20,000 nt of DNA from an uncultured virus (IMG/VR IMGVR_UViG_3300010158_000055) (taxonomy: Duplodnaviria; Heunggongvirae; Uroviricota; Caudoviricetes), in IMG/VR virus record IMGVR_UViG_3300010158_000055. One strand, 5' to 3'. Positions 7,246-15,821 of the stretch are shown one piece after another; position 1 is the first letter of the stretch; each line of letters opens with the position of its first letter. The position numbers and the translations under genes are program-made. Under the pieces are notes generated by a model. That model made no database searches. It saw only the letters and a list, made by a program, of their open reading frames with translations, and had not been told where the DNA came from.

Positions 7246-7274
7246 ATTATAACCAAAATGTCATTTTGAGTCAA
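7246..7274 (-). promoter_or_regulatory. Strong sigma70-type (early) promoter with palindromic spacer
   Basis: TTGACT-17 nt-TATAAT; the spacer contains CAAAATG-N-CATTTTG (7254-7268). Confidence 0.85.
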
Positions 7275-7293
7275 CCATTTTCCATTGCCAGGT

Positions 7294-7536
7294 TCATTTT
7301 GTGCCCTTGTTCTTTTCTGGCCTATGATCAGCACCTTTGGCCTGACATTGTTTAATAAATTTGGCATCAAGTTTAACACCTGTTCCTGCCAAGTTAAATT
7401 TGTTCAACGCATAGCCCAACTGAGTTGAGTTGGATAAAACCGAACTCACCAGTGATTCAATTTTGCTTTCTGCAATACCCGACTCTAGCAATTCTGGTAA
7501 ATTCTCTAGGATAAACTGCTTGATGATTGGGTTCAT
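7294..7536 (-). CDS. Hypothetical protein
   Basis: 80-aa ORF with AAGGA SD. Confidence 0.65.
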   Translation of the reverse strand: MNPIIKQFILENLPELLESGIAESKIESLVSSVLSNSTQLGYALNKFNLAGTGVKLDAKFIKQCQAKGADHRPEKNKGTK

Positions 7537-7545
7537 GCTGTGTCC

Positions 7546-7776
7546 TTAGGCTGTTTGTTTGGCGTCCATAATTTCGCAAAGTATGAACTTGGCAATGTTG
7601 ATCTGTTTGCGTACAGCATCTTTACTGGCACCACCCGCCAACATTTCTTGTGCATCGCTTAAAACCGACATCACTACCATATCTAAACCGCTGAGTCTAG
7701 CAGTGATACCGTTCATGTATTCTTCACGGATTTGTGATGCATCAATACCATAACAGTTCTTTTCAAATTCAGTCAT
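7546..7776 (-). CDS. Hypothetical phage protein
   Basis: 76-aa ORF; AGGAG SD; downstream of a consensus promoter. Confidence 0.75.
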   Translation of the reverse strand: MTEFEKNCYGIDASQIREEYMNGITARLSGLDMVVMSVLSDAQEMLAGGASKDAVRKQINIAKFILCEIMDAKQTA

Positions 7777-7805
7777 TTCAGCTCCTAATTAATTACTATA
7801 CTAAT

Positions 7806-7834
7806 ATTATAGCAAATGGGGAATTATGGGTCAA
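7806..7834 (-). promoter_or_regulatory. Strong sigma70-type (early) promoter
   Basis: TTGACC-17 nt-TATAAT; flanks resemble the 7246-7274 promoter. Confidence 0.85.
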
Positions 7835-7843
7835 CCAAAATGC

Positions 7844-7870
7844 AAAAACCCCGCGAACGGGGTTTTTTTT
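7844..7870. terminator. Rho-independent terminator, potentially bidirectional
   Basis: AAAAACCCCG-CGAA-CGGGGTTTTTTTT; on the minus strand a UUCG loop followed by U5, downstream of the 7894-8133 gene. Confidence 0.85.
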
Positions 7871-7893
7871 GGGTGTTGCTGATTTACAACAGT

Positions 7894-8133
7894 TTATTTG
7901 GATTTTTTTGGTGCAAACATCTTGGCAAAATCCCACTGTGCCAAGTCGGTTTTAACGCCTTCCACTGCGGCATCTGCAACCTGTTTACCAGTGTTGTAAA
8001 ATGTCTTGGTGAATTCGGCCTGTGCGTCTACCACTGCTTCTAAATCTGCACGAAGTTTATCGTGCTCAACGTATGATAAAAATTGCTTGGTATTTTTTAC
8101 TGCTGTGTTAACCACTGTATCGATGCTAAACAT
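7894..8133 (-). CDS. Phasin-like small amphipathic helical protein
   Basis: 79 aa, helical and Ala/Lys/Asp/Gln-rich (AVVDAQAEFTKTFYNTGKQVADAAVE); AGGAG SD. The phasin resemblance is inference. Confidence 0.5.
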   Translation of the reverse strand: MFSIDTVVNTAVKNTKQFLSYVEHDKLRADLEAVVDAQAEFTKTFYNTGKQVADAAVEGVKTDLAQWDFAKMFAPKKSK

Positions 8134-8171
8134 AGTTTTCTCCTTGATTGTTTAATTACTATTGTAACATA

Positions 8172-8192
8172 TATTTATGTGCGAACGCACAT
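8172..8192 (-). promoter_or_regulatory. Late promoter TAAATA (8172-8177) abutting the palindrome ATGTGCG-AA-CGCACAT (8177-8192)
   Basis: Perfect 7-bp inverted repeat with a TGC-N4-GCA core in an AT-rich divergent intergenic region. Confidence 0.6.
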
Positions 8193-8225
8193 TTTTAATT
8201 TATTTTTTAACCATATGTTCCCCGC

Positions 8226-8231
8226 TAAATA
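8226..8231 (+). promoter_or_regulatory. Putative T4-type late promoter (TAAATA)
   Basis: About 30 nt upstream of ATG 8262, followed by an AGGAGA SD. Confidence 0.55.
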
Positions 8232-8261
8232 ATATTATCTATTCGAATAGGAGATATCAAA

Positions 8262-8582
8262 ATGGAAATCATCATTGCACTAGCAGTAGTTGTTGGATTT
8301 GTAGCCTGGTATTACAACCGTAAACCTGCTGTTAAAACTGCAGAAGCAACATTGGAGGAAACACCACCGGTAGCTGTTGAACCGGCACCTTTTCCAATGG
8401 CCAAGGAAACAACACCTGTAGAAGTCAAGGTTGAAGAAGTTGCCGAAGTAGCAAAGCCAGCAAAAGCAAAAAAGCCAGCAGTACAAAAAGCCACATCCAA
8501 GCCAGCAGTTAAAAAAGCTCCGGCTAAAAATGTCACTGCTAAACGTGCAGCAACCAAAGCAAAAAAGACCACAGCAAAATAA
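8262..8582 (+). CDS. Membrane-anchored protein with a Pro/Glu linker and Lys/Ala-rich (histone H1-like) tail
   Basis: N-terminal TM segment IIIALAVVVGFVAWYY; KPAKAKKPA..KPAVKKAPAK repeats. Confidence 0.8.
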   Translation: MEIIIALAVVVGFVAWYYNRKPAVKTAEATLEETPPVAVEPAPFPMAKETTPVEVKVEEVAEVAKPAKAKKPAVQKATSKPAVKKAPAKNVTAKRAATKAKKTTAK

Positions 8583-8593
8583 TTTTCAGTTAA

Positions 8594-9703
8594 ATGAACG
8601 TTAGCATCTACACACCTGAGTCCTCGGCTCAGGTGTTTCATTATCATCTCAATCGTTGTGTAGGCATTGCGGCTGGCACTTGGAATTACTGTCACAACAT
8701 TGATATTTTTTTATCCCAACCCGGGCCACGCATGGCCTGTTTTCAAATACCTTATCCATACGACAGCACTGTGGAACAACAAATAGATCAAATATATGAT
8801 CACGTGGATCAAATCTTAATCTTGGGCGCCGAGCTACATCCTAGAACTGTGGATTTTATTCACCGTTACGATAGATCCAAGATCAGCTGGTTCATTTGTG
8901 GAATGTTGGATCGTCCCCTGCAACACAGTAGAACATATCCATTTTTAGATTGGTTTATATCCACTGTACACTTTTACAAAAATGTCAGACCCAGTACACT
9001 GTACTCTTTAAATTTTAATTGCTCCAAACCGTTGCAGTTTGATGCCTTGCTGGGACGCAAAAAACCACATAGAGATATTGCCTATCAATATTTAATTGAT
9101 CATGACATGATGGATCAAGGTGTGGTAACGTATCTCAATGATGTTTCGGATCAGTTCAACGGCCGTGACCCCGCACGATGGCAGTGGGAATCCAAGGGCC
9201 TGGCCGGTCATGCAGGTGTACAATGGACAGTGGAACGAGTTGAGTACTACGGGCATAGGATCAGCCTAAGTCAAATTATTCCCATTGATATATACAATCA
9301 AACTGCCTACAGCCTGGTATGCGAAACTAATTTTGACAATCACTTTGTATTTTACACAGAAAAAACTGTCAAGCCCATTATAGCTCGACGCCTGTTCGTC
9401 ATGCTGGGCAATCGATCAGCTTTGGCCAGATTGAGAGATCTGGGATTCCAAACCTTTGACGGCATCATTGATGAAAGTTATGATGATATGGAATTAACCA
9501 CTGAGCGACACACAGCCGCAATGCAACAACTTGAATGGTTGTGCCAACAGCCTCAGGCAGAAATCTTAGCAAAAATACAATCTCGCTTGGACCACAATTT
9601 TAACTTGATGATGTCTCGAGATTGGTATCAACAATTTGCTGAGCCATTTGCAAGAACATTTGTTGAGATTGATCGTACAGTTGGCCGGAACCTAAATTCT
9701 TAG
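8594..9703 (+). CDS. Glycosyltransferase-like protein (GT-B-type C-terminal domain), paralog 1
   Basis: LGRKKPHRD...SLVCETNF...YTEKTVKPI...GFQTFDGIIDESYD, reminiscent of the GT10-type 'EN...Y.TEK' donor-binding motif. The function is inferred. Confidence 0.55.
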   Translation: MNVSIYTPESSAQVFHYHLNRCVGIAAGTWNYCHNIDIFLSQPGPRMACFQIPYPYDSTVEQQIDQIYDHVDQILILGAELHPRTVDFIHRYDRSKISWFICGMLDRPLQHSRTYPFLDWFISTVHFYKNVRPSTLYSLNFNCSKPLQFDALLGRKKPHRDIAYQYLIDHDMMDQGVVTYLNDVSDQFNGRDPARWQWESKGLAGHAGVQWTVERVEYYGHRISLSQIIPIDIYNQTAYSLVCETNFDNHFVFYTEKTVKPIIARRLFVMLGNRSALARLRDLGFQTFDGIIDESYDDMELTTERHTAAMQQLEWLCQQPQAEILAKIQSRLDHNFNLMMSRDWYQQFAEPFARTFVEIDRTVGRNLNS

Positions 9704-10682
9704 ACTTACACTCGCACATGATGTCGGCCCACTGCCAATGAGACAGTGCATATTGATTTGCGGCTTGATTCCACATAAAGTCTGAATGGGCACGTAGTTT
9801 TTGTTTTTTATACCCCGATGTCAGTAAGGTATCGAACTCAGGCAAGACTGCGGGATCATGCCCCACCAAGTAATCTTCTCTGCTTTGACTGTAGTGTACC
9901 ACAGGACGAACCCCACGCCACGAATCAATTATACGAGCAATTCTATCGTCGGTGGCTTGAATGTAACTTCCACTATGGAGCCAGTGATGGTGTACATCAA
10001 GCACAAGGGCACAATCGTTGGCAAGCTCAAGGCTTGAATCGATTCCCCAGGTGTTTTCGTCGTTTTCGATTGTGATGCAGTTTCTTGCTTCGGGTGTGAG
10101 TCTTTGTAATGTTGATTTAATGCCGGCGGGGCCGCGCCGGCCAGAGATGTGTACGTTGATCTTAAAGTCTTGGAATTGTAAACCGTAGCCCATCCATCTC
10201 GCCATACTTGCATGATATTCAAACTCCTGTATACTTCTATTTACTATTTCATCGCTTTCACTTGCCAACACACAAAACTGTCCCGGGTGGAAGCTGAGTC
10301 GCACATCTAGACGCCTGGCTGTTTCACCAATGGGTGCAAAAATTCGTTCAAGGTGTCGTTGCACATCTGCCTGTTGCCACCAGCCGATCCAGTCTGCTTC
10401 GGTATAACCCTGTAGCATTTCTGATCCCAATCGCACCATTCTACGTTCAGCCGGCAATGTAGCCACCCGCTCAATCATTCGAACCGCGGCCGTAGTATTG
10501 TGATTCATGATGTCCCACTGGCGCTGTTCAGCTTCAGCAGGATGTTCACGCAACCAACGCATGGTGGTGCTACGTCCGTTTAATTCTCGGTTGAGGGCAT
10601 TCACCTTCATGCCTTTTACTTCGGAGGGGTCATCTAGCCATTTGCAGGCAAATCCTAAACGTGGGGTAGTAAATGTAGTCAT
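9600..10682 (-). CDS. uvsE: UV damage endonuclease (UvsE/UVDE family)
   Basis: RLGFACK, RLSFHPGQFCVLAS, INVHISG, ITIENDE, VLDVHHH, HYSQSR, RAHSD and MCECKSKN motifs; start moved to ATG 10682. Confidence 0.93.
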   Translation of the reverse strand: MTTFTTPRLGFACKWLDDPSEVKGMKVNALNRELNGRSTTMRWLREHPAEAEQRQWDIMNHNTTAAVRMIERVATLPAERRMVRLGSEMLQGYTEADWIGWWQQADVQRHLERIFAPIGETARRLDVRLSFHPGQFCVLASESDEIVNRSIQEFEYHASMARWMGYGLQFQDFKINVHISGRRGPAGIKSTLQRLTPEARNCITIENDENTWGIDSSLELANDCALVLDVHHHWLHSGSYIQATDDRIARIIDSWRGVRPVVHYSQSREDYLVGHDPAVLPEFDTLLTSGYKKQKLRAHSDFMWNQAANQYALSHWQWADIMCECKSKNLGSGQLYDQSQQMFLQMAQQIVDTNLETSSS

Positions 10683-10688
10683 ACCGCT

Positions 10689-10717
10689 AGTATAGCAGTA
10701 TATGAATTTCTGGTCAA
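10689..10717 (-). promoter_or_regulatory. Sigma70-type promoter for uvsE, probably leaderless
   Basis: TTGACC-17 nt-TATACT with the ATG only 6 nt after the -10 box and no SD. Confidence 0.75.
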
Positions 10718-11109
10718 GCAATAAACCCTTGTCCAGTTATCTCATGATACCAAGGGTAAAATGGACCGGGCATAACAAAATACCACAGCCCCGGTTGGTC
10801 AATCCAAGTGGTAGGGGTGCTGGCAAGATGCAAATAACGTGGTAGTACTTCCAATCCATTTACACTAAATTCAACAATTTCCAATGCACCACGACATGGT
10901 GCCACTATTTCTACGCCAATGCTGACGGGCTCTAACAGATCAAATTTGAAATCAAATAGATTTTCTCCTGCGCCAGTGTACAGATCCATGGCGTTAATTC
11001 TACAATGACTATAAGGTTTGCCGTGACCGACAATGCGTAAGCGTACCAGCAATTGGTCAGCAGTGTCAATAGCCGTAATGTCTGAGAAATTGTTCATATC
11101 TAGGAGCAT
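10714..11109 (-). CDS. Hypothetical protein
   Basis: 127-131 aa ORF overlapping the end of the radical SAM gene; the start could be 11097. Confidence 0.65.
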   Translation of the reverse strand: MLLDMNNFSDITAIDTADQLLVRLRIVGHGKPYSHCRINAMDLYTGAGENLFDFKFDLLEPVSIGVEIVAPCRGALEIVEFSVNGLEVLPRYLHLASTPTTWIDQPGLWYFVMPGPFYPWYHEITGQGFIA

Positions 11110-12373
11110 AATCTAAAATGCTGTTTTGTCTGTTGGTTTCAAAAGTCTTTAAGAATCCGACCAATTGTGTTCGTAATGCATCTACATCACTGGGTGTAGA
11201 ATAAGTGGTTAAAAATTGATAGTAATCCAATACTACATTGGCAATAACATCTGGAATAATATCAGACCTACGTATATTGACCTGTTGTGTTTTTCTTAGA
11301 TCATATGTTGCAATTAATTGATCAAGTTTGGCCACTATTTCTTGTCGAATGTCGTTGGGTAATAATTCTATACGCAACACCGCAGGTTCGAATAATATAT
11401 TACAACTTTCGGCTATGACACGTTTTTCAATCATGTATTCAAACATTTGATCTATTTCATTAACAGTAAAAATGTTTGGTGTTATTCTAAGGCTAACGTA
11501 TAATTGAGAATTGTCTCGCAATGCTAAAAATCGATCAATGTTACCAAGTATATTATCAATCTTACCGGGATAGCGTATATAATCATTCAACGGAGTAACA
11601 GTTTCAATGCTTATGCCTAAATGAAACTCTTTGAATTCCGTGATTAATCGCTCTACTCTGGCATCGTATACCGTGCCATTGGTAGTAGTTCCTACAATAA
11701 TGTTTTTGGCCAACCCAGTCTCTATCAGACGTTCGCATATTGTATAAAATGCTGGATCATACAGTGTTTCGCCACCTAAGAAATGTATGTATTTCAAATC
11801 GGGTATAGTAATCAGTTCTTTAACAAATCTATCCACAGTGGCAGGGTTTCTAGTCCAAGACTGATATGCCACAGGATTGGCAAATTGTACAGAATTAAGT
11901 TTGTGTAATTTTTTATACTCGGTATGCAGTTGACTACTGGCAACAGGATCGCACATTATGCAGGCACTGTTGCAGGTATTGCCTAAATCAATTTGCAAGT
12001 CTGTGGGATAGTAATTGCTGTGTCCTTGATTTTGATAACTGTATACAAATCTTTCGTAGTGTGGGCTACTGCGAGCTGTGAGTGCAAAGTTGTTTGCTTG
12101 TATTCCGCTTTTAAGTAATTGTCTTGTGCGTCCATTTAATTTACCAAATGAATCTTCGTAGTAACAAGTCGCACATCCTGAGGGTTTTTTGCCAGCTAAC
12201 AAGTCTTGACGTAGCGATTTCATTCTGTCACTGTTGTAAAATTCCATTATACTGGTGTCAGCTAAGTTTACATCATGAGTTTTTGTTTTGTACCATCTGC
12301 ATTCTTCAAAACCGCCATCATAGGAGAGGCGCAGGTGGAACCAGGGACTGGAACAAAAAGAATCTTTTAACAT
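11066..12373 (-). CDS. Radical SAM protein with an N-terminal SPASM/twitch-like Cys domain
   Basis: CNSACIMC (CxxxCxxC), FLGGETL, TTNGT, ISIE, YIRYPG; N-terminal FCSSPW...ECRW...CATCYYED. Confidence 0.9.
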   Translation of the reverse strand: MLKDSFCSSPWFHLRLSYDGGFEECRWYKTKTHDVNLADTSIMEFYNSDRMKSLRQDLLAGKKPSGCATCYYEDSFGKLNGRTRQLLKSGIQANNFALTARSSPHYERFVYSYQNQGHSNYYPTDLQIDLGNTCNSACIMCDPVASSQLHTEYKKLHKLNSVQFANPVAYQSWTRNPATVDRFVKELITIPDLKYIHFLGGETLYDPAFYTICERLIETGLAKNIIVGTTTNGTVYDARVERLITEFKEFHLGISIETVTPLNDYIRYPGKIDNILGNIDRFLALRDNSQLYVSLRITPNIFTVNEIDQMFEYMIEKRVIAESCNILFEPAVLRIELLPNDIRQEIVAKLDQLIATYDLRKTQQVNIRRSDIIPDVIANVVLDYYQFLTTYSTPSDVDALRTQLVGFLKTFETNRQNSILDYAPRYEQFLRHYGY

Positions 12374-12377
12374 TGAA

Positions 12378-13610
12378 TTAATCTATAATGCCAAAGTTAG
12401 CCCATTTAGCGTCACCCAGTGATACCCAACCTAGAGGACCACCCAGGCTGGGGTTTTCGTTGAACACCACTGTGCCTTTGGGCAGATTGTCTGTGGGCGG
12501 AGAAGGTCTAGTCAAGAATTGCATATTACCCAGCTTCAATTGAGTTACTTCAGTTGTACCATCGGATTTCAATGTAACGTTGTTTTTACCGTTGCTGCTT
12601 AAAATCAAGTCATGGTCTCTTCTGGTACCAAATTGTGCAGTGTTTAAACTGATCTTGCCCAGGCCCAACTCGATCTCTTCATCCCAAACACTGAGTGCTG
12701 TTGAAGGATCCATGGTGTTGATACCCACACGTCGATTGGTGGTGTACAAGGTTTCACTCAACAGTGTTTCTCCTGCTGTTTGTAAATCTCTCAGCACTCC
12801 CACTGACTGTAGCCTACTGTTGAGCACTGCTGTGGTCAAAGTGTTGCCTTCGATTACCACTCGGTTATCAATGGTGAGTTGAGCAATGTCTAGAGTTTGT
12901 GTTTGTAAATAGTTTAGTATACGATCCTGTGTGGCCGACGATATGGAATTGACATCTTCCAGTATGTTCTGATAAGTTTGACTATTCCTGGGAATGGAAC
13001 CTTTGATAATCAAATCGCCATCTATCACAGCATTGCCTCGCACTTCAATTTGTGCGGCATACAGGGTATTTTCAAACACTGTGCCGGCATCCATAATGGT
13101 AAGTTGGCACTGTGTGGCTCTGTCGTCAATGCCGGTACTGGCAAAGTTGGCCACAACACCACCAGAGATGTTATCCCCGGAGATGCGTAATGAATTTAAG
13201 TCTATGGCAGATGCTGGTATGCAGGACGGGGCTAGACTAAGGTGTTGACCTTGAGTGTTGAGTACATCAGTGATGGCAGTTTTAACCATGGGTTCCAAGT
13301 CTATTCTGCTGATTTTTTGATCAACCACTGTGCCAACACGAGCTGTGTAATCTGCGTCAATGCGTTCTATGATGGTATTACCAGCGTCAATTATGCGAGC
13401 ATCCAGGCCTGATAAATCTGGTTGAAAGCGGGCCACTTGCTGGTGTACTTCGGTGGTGATGATGGAGTTGATGCGATCTTCGGTGACCAATTCCGCGATG
13501 CGTTGAGCAACAGTGTCAGCGATAGACACACGTACCTGTTCCTGTACCTGCTGTAATACCTGCTGAGTGATGTCGTTTACTAGGTTTCCAAAACTGTCAT
13601 TGAGTGCCAT
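12378..13610 (-). CDS. Hypothetical protein, possibly virion/fibre-associated
   Basis: N-terminal coiled coil, then beta-rich repeats (IEVRGNAVIDGDLIIKG, NRRVGINT..PSTALSV) and a C-terminal GTVVFNENPSLGGPLGWVSLG..WANFG like fibre-protein ends. Confidence 0.55.
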   Translation of the reverse strand: MALNDSFGNLVNDITQQVLQQVQEQVRVSIADTVAQRIAELVTEDRINSIITTEVHQQVARFQPDLSGLDARIIDAGNTIIERIDADYTARVGTVVDQKISRIDLEPMVKTAITDVLNTQGQHLSLAPSCIPASAIDLNSLRISGDNISGGVVANFASTGIDDRATQCQLTIMDAGTVFENTLYAAQIEVRGNAVIDGDLIIKGSIPRNSQTYQNILEDVNSISSATQDRILNYLQTQTLDIAQLTIDNRVVIEGNTLTTAVLNSRLQSVGVLRDLQTAGETLLSETLYTTNRRVGINTMDPSTALSVWDEEIELGLGKISLNTAQFGTRRDHDLILSSNGKNNVTLKSDGTTEVTQLKLGNMQFLTRPSPPTDNLPKGTVVFNENPSLGGPLGWVSLGDAKWANFGIID

Positions 13611-13622
13611 TGATTTCCATTT

Positions 13623-14360
13623 TTAATCGAATTTAATAGTAATTACGTGCTGGTATCCTTTTGATGTCAATCCCTTGTACATGAGATTTTTATGAACTAA
13701 AAAGCTACCGGCTCCAGCATCAGTGCTGAATTTTGCTAACTGTTTAAAATACATTGTTCTACGAGCAAATTCACCAAAACTCTTTAACGAATTAGTGTTT
13801 TGCCCTATTGCATAAATCATTGTGGTCCACGCAGCTCTATCTACGCTGTCCCATGAATGATTTTCTAAAAATATCGTTGCGGTGTTACTGGTTCTTGCTA
13901 CGGCGGGCTGACTAAATTCACGATCTCGATAATCTTGATTTTTATAGTCCCGTAATGTAGTTATCACGCAACTGTCGGCCAGGTTACAAATTTTTGCTAT
14001 TGATTCTCTTTGACTTTGTTCACAATCACTGTAAGTAAAATACTCATCAACTGCTATCACCAATTGGAATTTCTTGTGATATTTTGACAATTCAGTTTCA
14101 GGTATATACATAAACTCAATGCCGGACCGGGTCAAATACTCTCTAGCCTCTGAGCTGATGGCAGTTACTGAAACAGGTCGGGCATAATCAACAAATAAAA
14201 AACTACTGAACCCCACACACAATACAGTGGTGGGAATTAAATTGTGAAATTGTGCAATGTCACTTAGTATATCTTGTTTTTTTGCAACTATATCAGCGTG
14301 GCGAACATTGTCGCGAATGGCCAATAAATTAGCGTCGCCCACCTTGATAAAATCTTGCAT
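13623..14360 (-). CDS. Class I SAM-methyltransferase-like fold protein (degenerate motif I)
   Basis: TVLCVGFSS (degenerate DxGxG), KFQLVIAVDEYFTY, then ITTLRDY; start moved to ATG 14360 (AAGGA SD). Confidence 0.45.
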   Translation of the reverse strand: MQDFIKVGDANLLAIRDNVRHADIVAKKQDILSDIAQFHNLIPTTVLCVGFSSFLFVDYARPVSVTAISSEAREYLTRSGIEFMYIPETELSKYHKKFQLVIAVDEYFTYSDCEQSQRESIAKICNLADSCVITTLRDYKNQDYRDREFSQPAVARTSNTATIFLENHSWDSVDRAAWTTMIYAIGQNTNSLKSFGEFARRTMYFKQLAKFSTDAGAGSFLVHKNLMYKGLTSKGYQHVITIKFD

Positions 14361-14381
14361 CAACAATCCTTGTTATGCAAA

Positions 14382-14389
14382 TATTTATA
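14382..14389 (-). promoter_or_regulatory. T4-consensus late promoter TATAAATA
   Basis: Exact TATAAATA overlapping the amidinotransferase stop codon, about 22 nt upstream of ATG 14360. Confidence 0.65.
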
Positions 14390-15302
14390 AAACACCACGT
14401 GCAAGATCTAACGTAACACAATGAAATCCACCACCCAAGGTACGGCTGTGTCTCAAGGTTCTGGGCACCACTGTAAAATTCTTTTTTAATAATGTTTCGA
14501 TTAACTTGTGTTGTGCCGCATCCACAATCACTGTTTCAGGATCAACCACCAGCATGTTCATGGCTATCCATTTTGATGCGTAGGGATATTGATAAAAATT
14601 CTGTGCCACAACATCATCAATGTATATACATTCCCAATCACGGAATACTCGGGGACAATTGTCCCGATTCACTCGAGATGCATTTAGCAATACCAAGCCT
14701 TCACGTACAGGAACAATGGTACTGTCAATATGTACACCTGCATAAAAATTACATAGTTCTATTGTAACATCAGGAAACTGTTCACACAACCATTCGTATG
14801 CTGATCTATTACCAGATGCTGATTCTAAAAATAACCAAGTTGAGCCCAGTCTGCATATATTGGCTGCATCAAGTACCAAACCCTGATCTCTGGGCATGGT
14901 CAACACACGGCCTGCCAACATGGTGACATGTGCCAGTGCTTCTCTCTCCATGTCTCTACAAGGATACATCATGGCACAATCCACCACAGTGTCTCCCCAT
15001 ACTAAGAATCTATCTCTGGGGCAATAGTTATACATACCTCCAAACTCTTGGAAATTCATCTCTGCCGGGCGCCAAACTTCTACACCATGTTGTTCCAGTG
15101 TGGTGCATAATATGTCAAGATCTTCATTGGCTTCGTCAATGATATGTGGGGCAACTGGCCCAGCTGGCACAGCAGTTTCACGCCACGTGGTTTTTAAACT
15201 TTCTTGAGCAAATACTGGATCTGAGCTGGGCCAATTGGCATGATCTGCTGTGCCCACCACCACACGTTTTAATGAGTCCCATTCATTGACTGTATTGATC
15301 AT
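14385..15302 (-). CDS. Amidinotransferase (glycine amidinotransferase / StrB1 inosamine-phosphate amidinotransferase family)
   Basis: NEWDSLKRVVVG, NYCPRD, LDAAN, SGN, HIDST, WIAMNML and C-terminal LGGGFHCVTLDL (Asp-His-Cys triad). Confidence 0.92.
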   Translation of the reverse strand: MINTVNEWDSLKRVVVGTADHANWPSSDPVFAQESLKTTWRETAVPAGPVAPHIIDEANEDLDILCTTLEQHGVEVWRPAEMNFQEFGGMYNYCPRDRFLVWGDTVVDCAMMYPCRDMEREALAHVTMLAGRVLTMPRDQGLVLDAANICRLGSTWLFLESASGNRSAYEWLCEQFPDVTIELCNFYAGVHIDSTIVPVREGLVLLNASRVNRDNCPRVFRDWECIYIDDVVAQNFYQYPYASKWIAMNMLVVDPETVIVDAAQHKLIETLLKKNFTVVPRTLRHSRTLGGGFHCVTLDLARGVL

Positions 15303-15821
15303 CTAGACATGACCTGTGATCTGTACTGTATATCTTGGTTCTGTTCCTGTATTGCCGGCCATGTGTGGTGTTGCCCATGGCCACTCTATCACTGTGCCCG
15401 CAGACCAAGGAGCTATATCCTCACCAGCACATTCGCTCGAGTGTCCTGGTTTCCATGCTTCTAAAAACACTATGGCACGTCTTATGGTGTGTTCACGACC
15501 CGCCAAGTTGAATAAATCAATGTATCGCACATACCGATCTTGATGTGTGGGCAATACAGTACCCGGCATCATTCTGTAGTAACTGGTGCCGATATCTTGC
15601 CATCCGTAACGTGTGAACAGGTCGATGAATCTTTGATTCCATCTTGGCTGTGGCTTACGCATGTCACACATGTCTCCGGTGACATTGGTATATCCCTGAC
15701 ACCGCCACGAGGCCAGTTGTTCAGGGTCGTTGAACAGTTCTTGTGTATATTCTAGATCTCGGTATTCCCCGTTGGTCCAAAACGGAGTTATCGAATATCT
15801 ATTGTAATCTTGTATTGCCAT
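15303..15821 (-). CDS. Cupin-fold Fe(II)/2-oxoglutarate dioxygenase-like protein
   Basis: PGTVLPTHQD (HxD) ... PHMAGN.G.EPRYTVQITG (distal His and Arg). Confidence 0.75.
   Translation of the reverse strand: MAIQDYNRYSITPFWTNGEYRDLEYTQELFNDPEQLASWRCQGYTNVTGDMCDMRKPQPRWNQRFIDLFTRYGWQDIGTSYYRMMPGTVLPTHQDRYVRYIDLFNLAGREHTIRRAIVFLEAWKPGHSSECAGEDIAPWSAGTVIEWPWATPHMAGNTGTEPRYTVQITGHV

Noticed and set aside
8440..8580. Short repeats such as AAGCCAGCA as a CRISPR or tandem array
   Set aside because: They are explained by KPA/KKA low-complexity coding, with no regular repeat-spacer period.
10696..10712. Possible LexA/SOS box in the uvsE promoter (CAGTATATGAATTTCTG)
   Set aside because: The half-sites are CAG...CTG, the reverse of CTGT-N8-ACAG, and the spacing does not fit.
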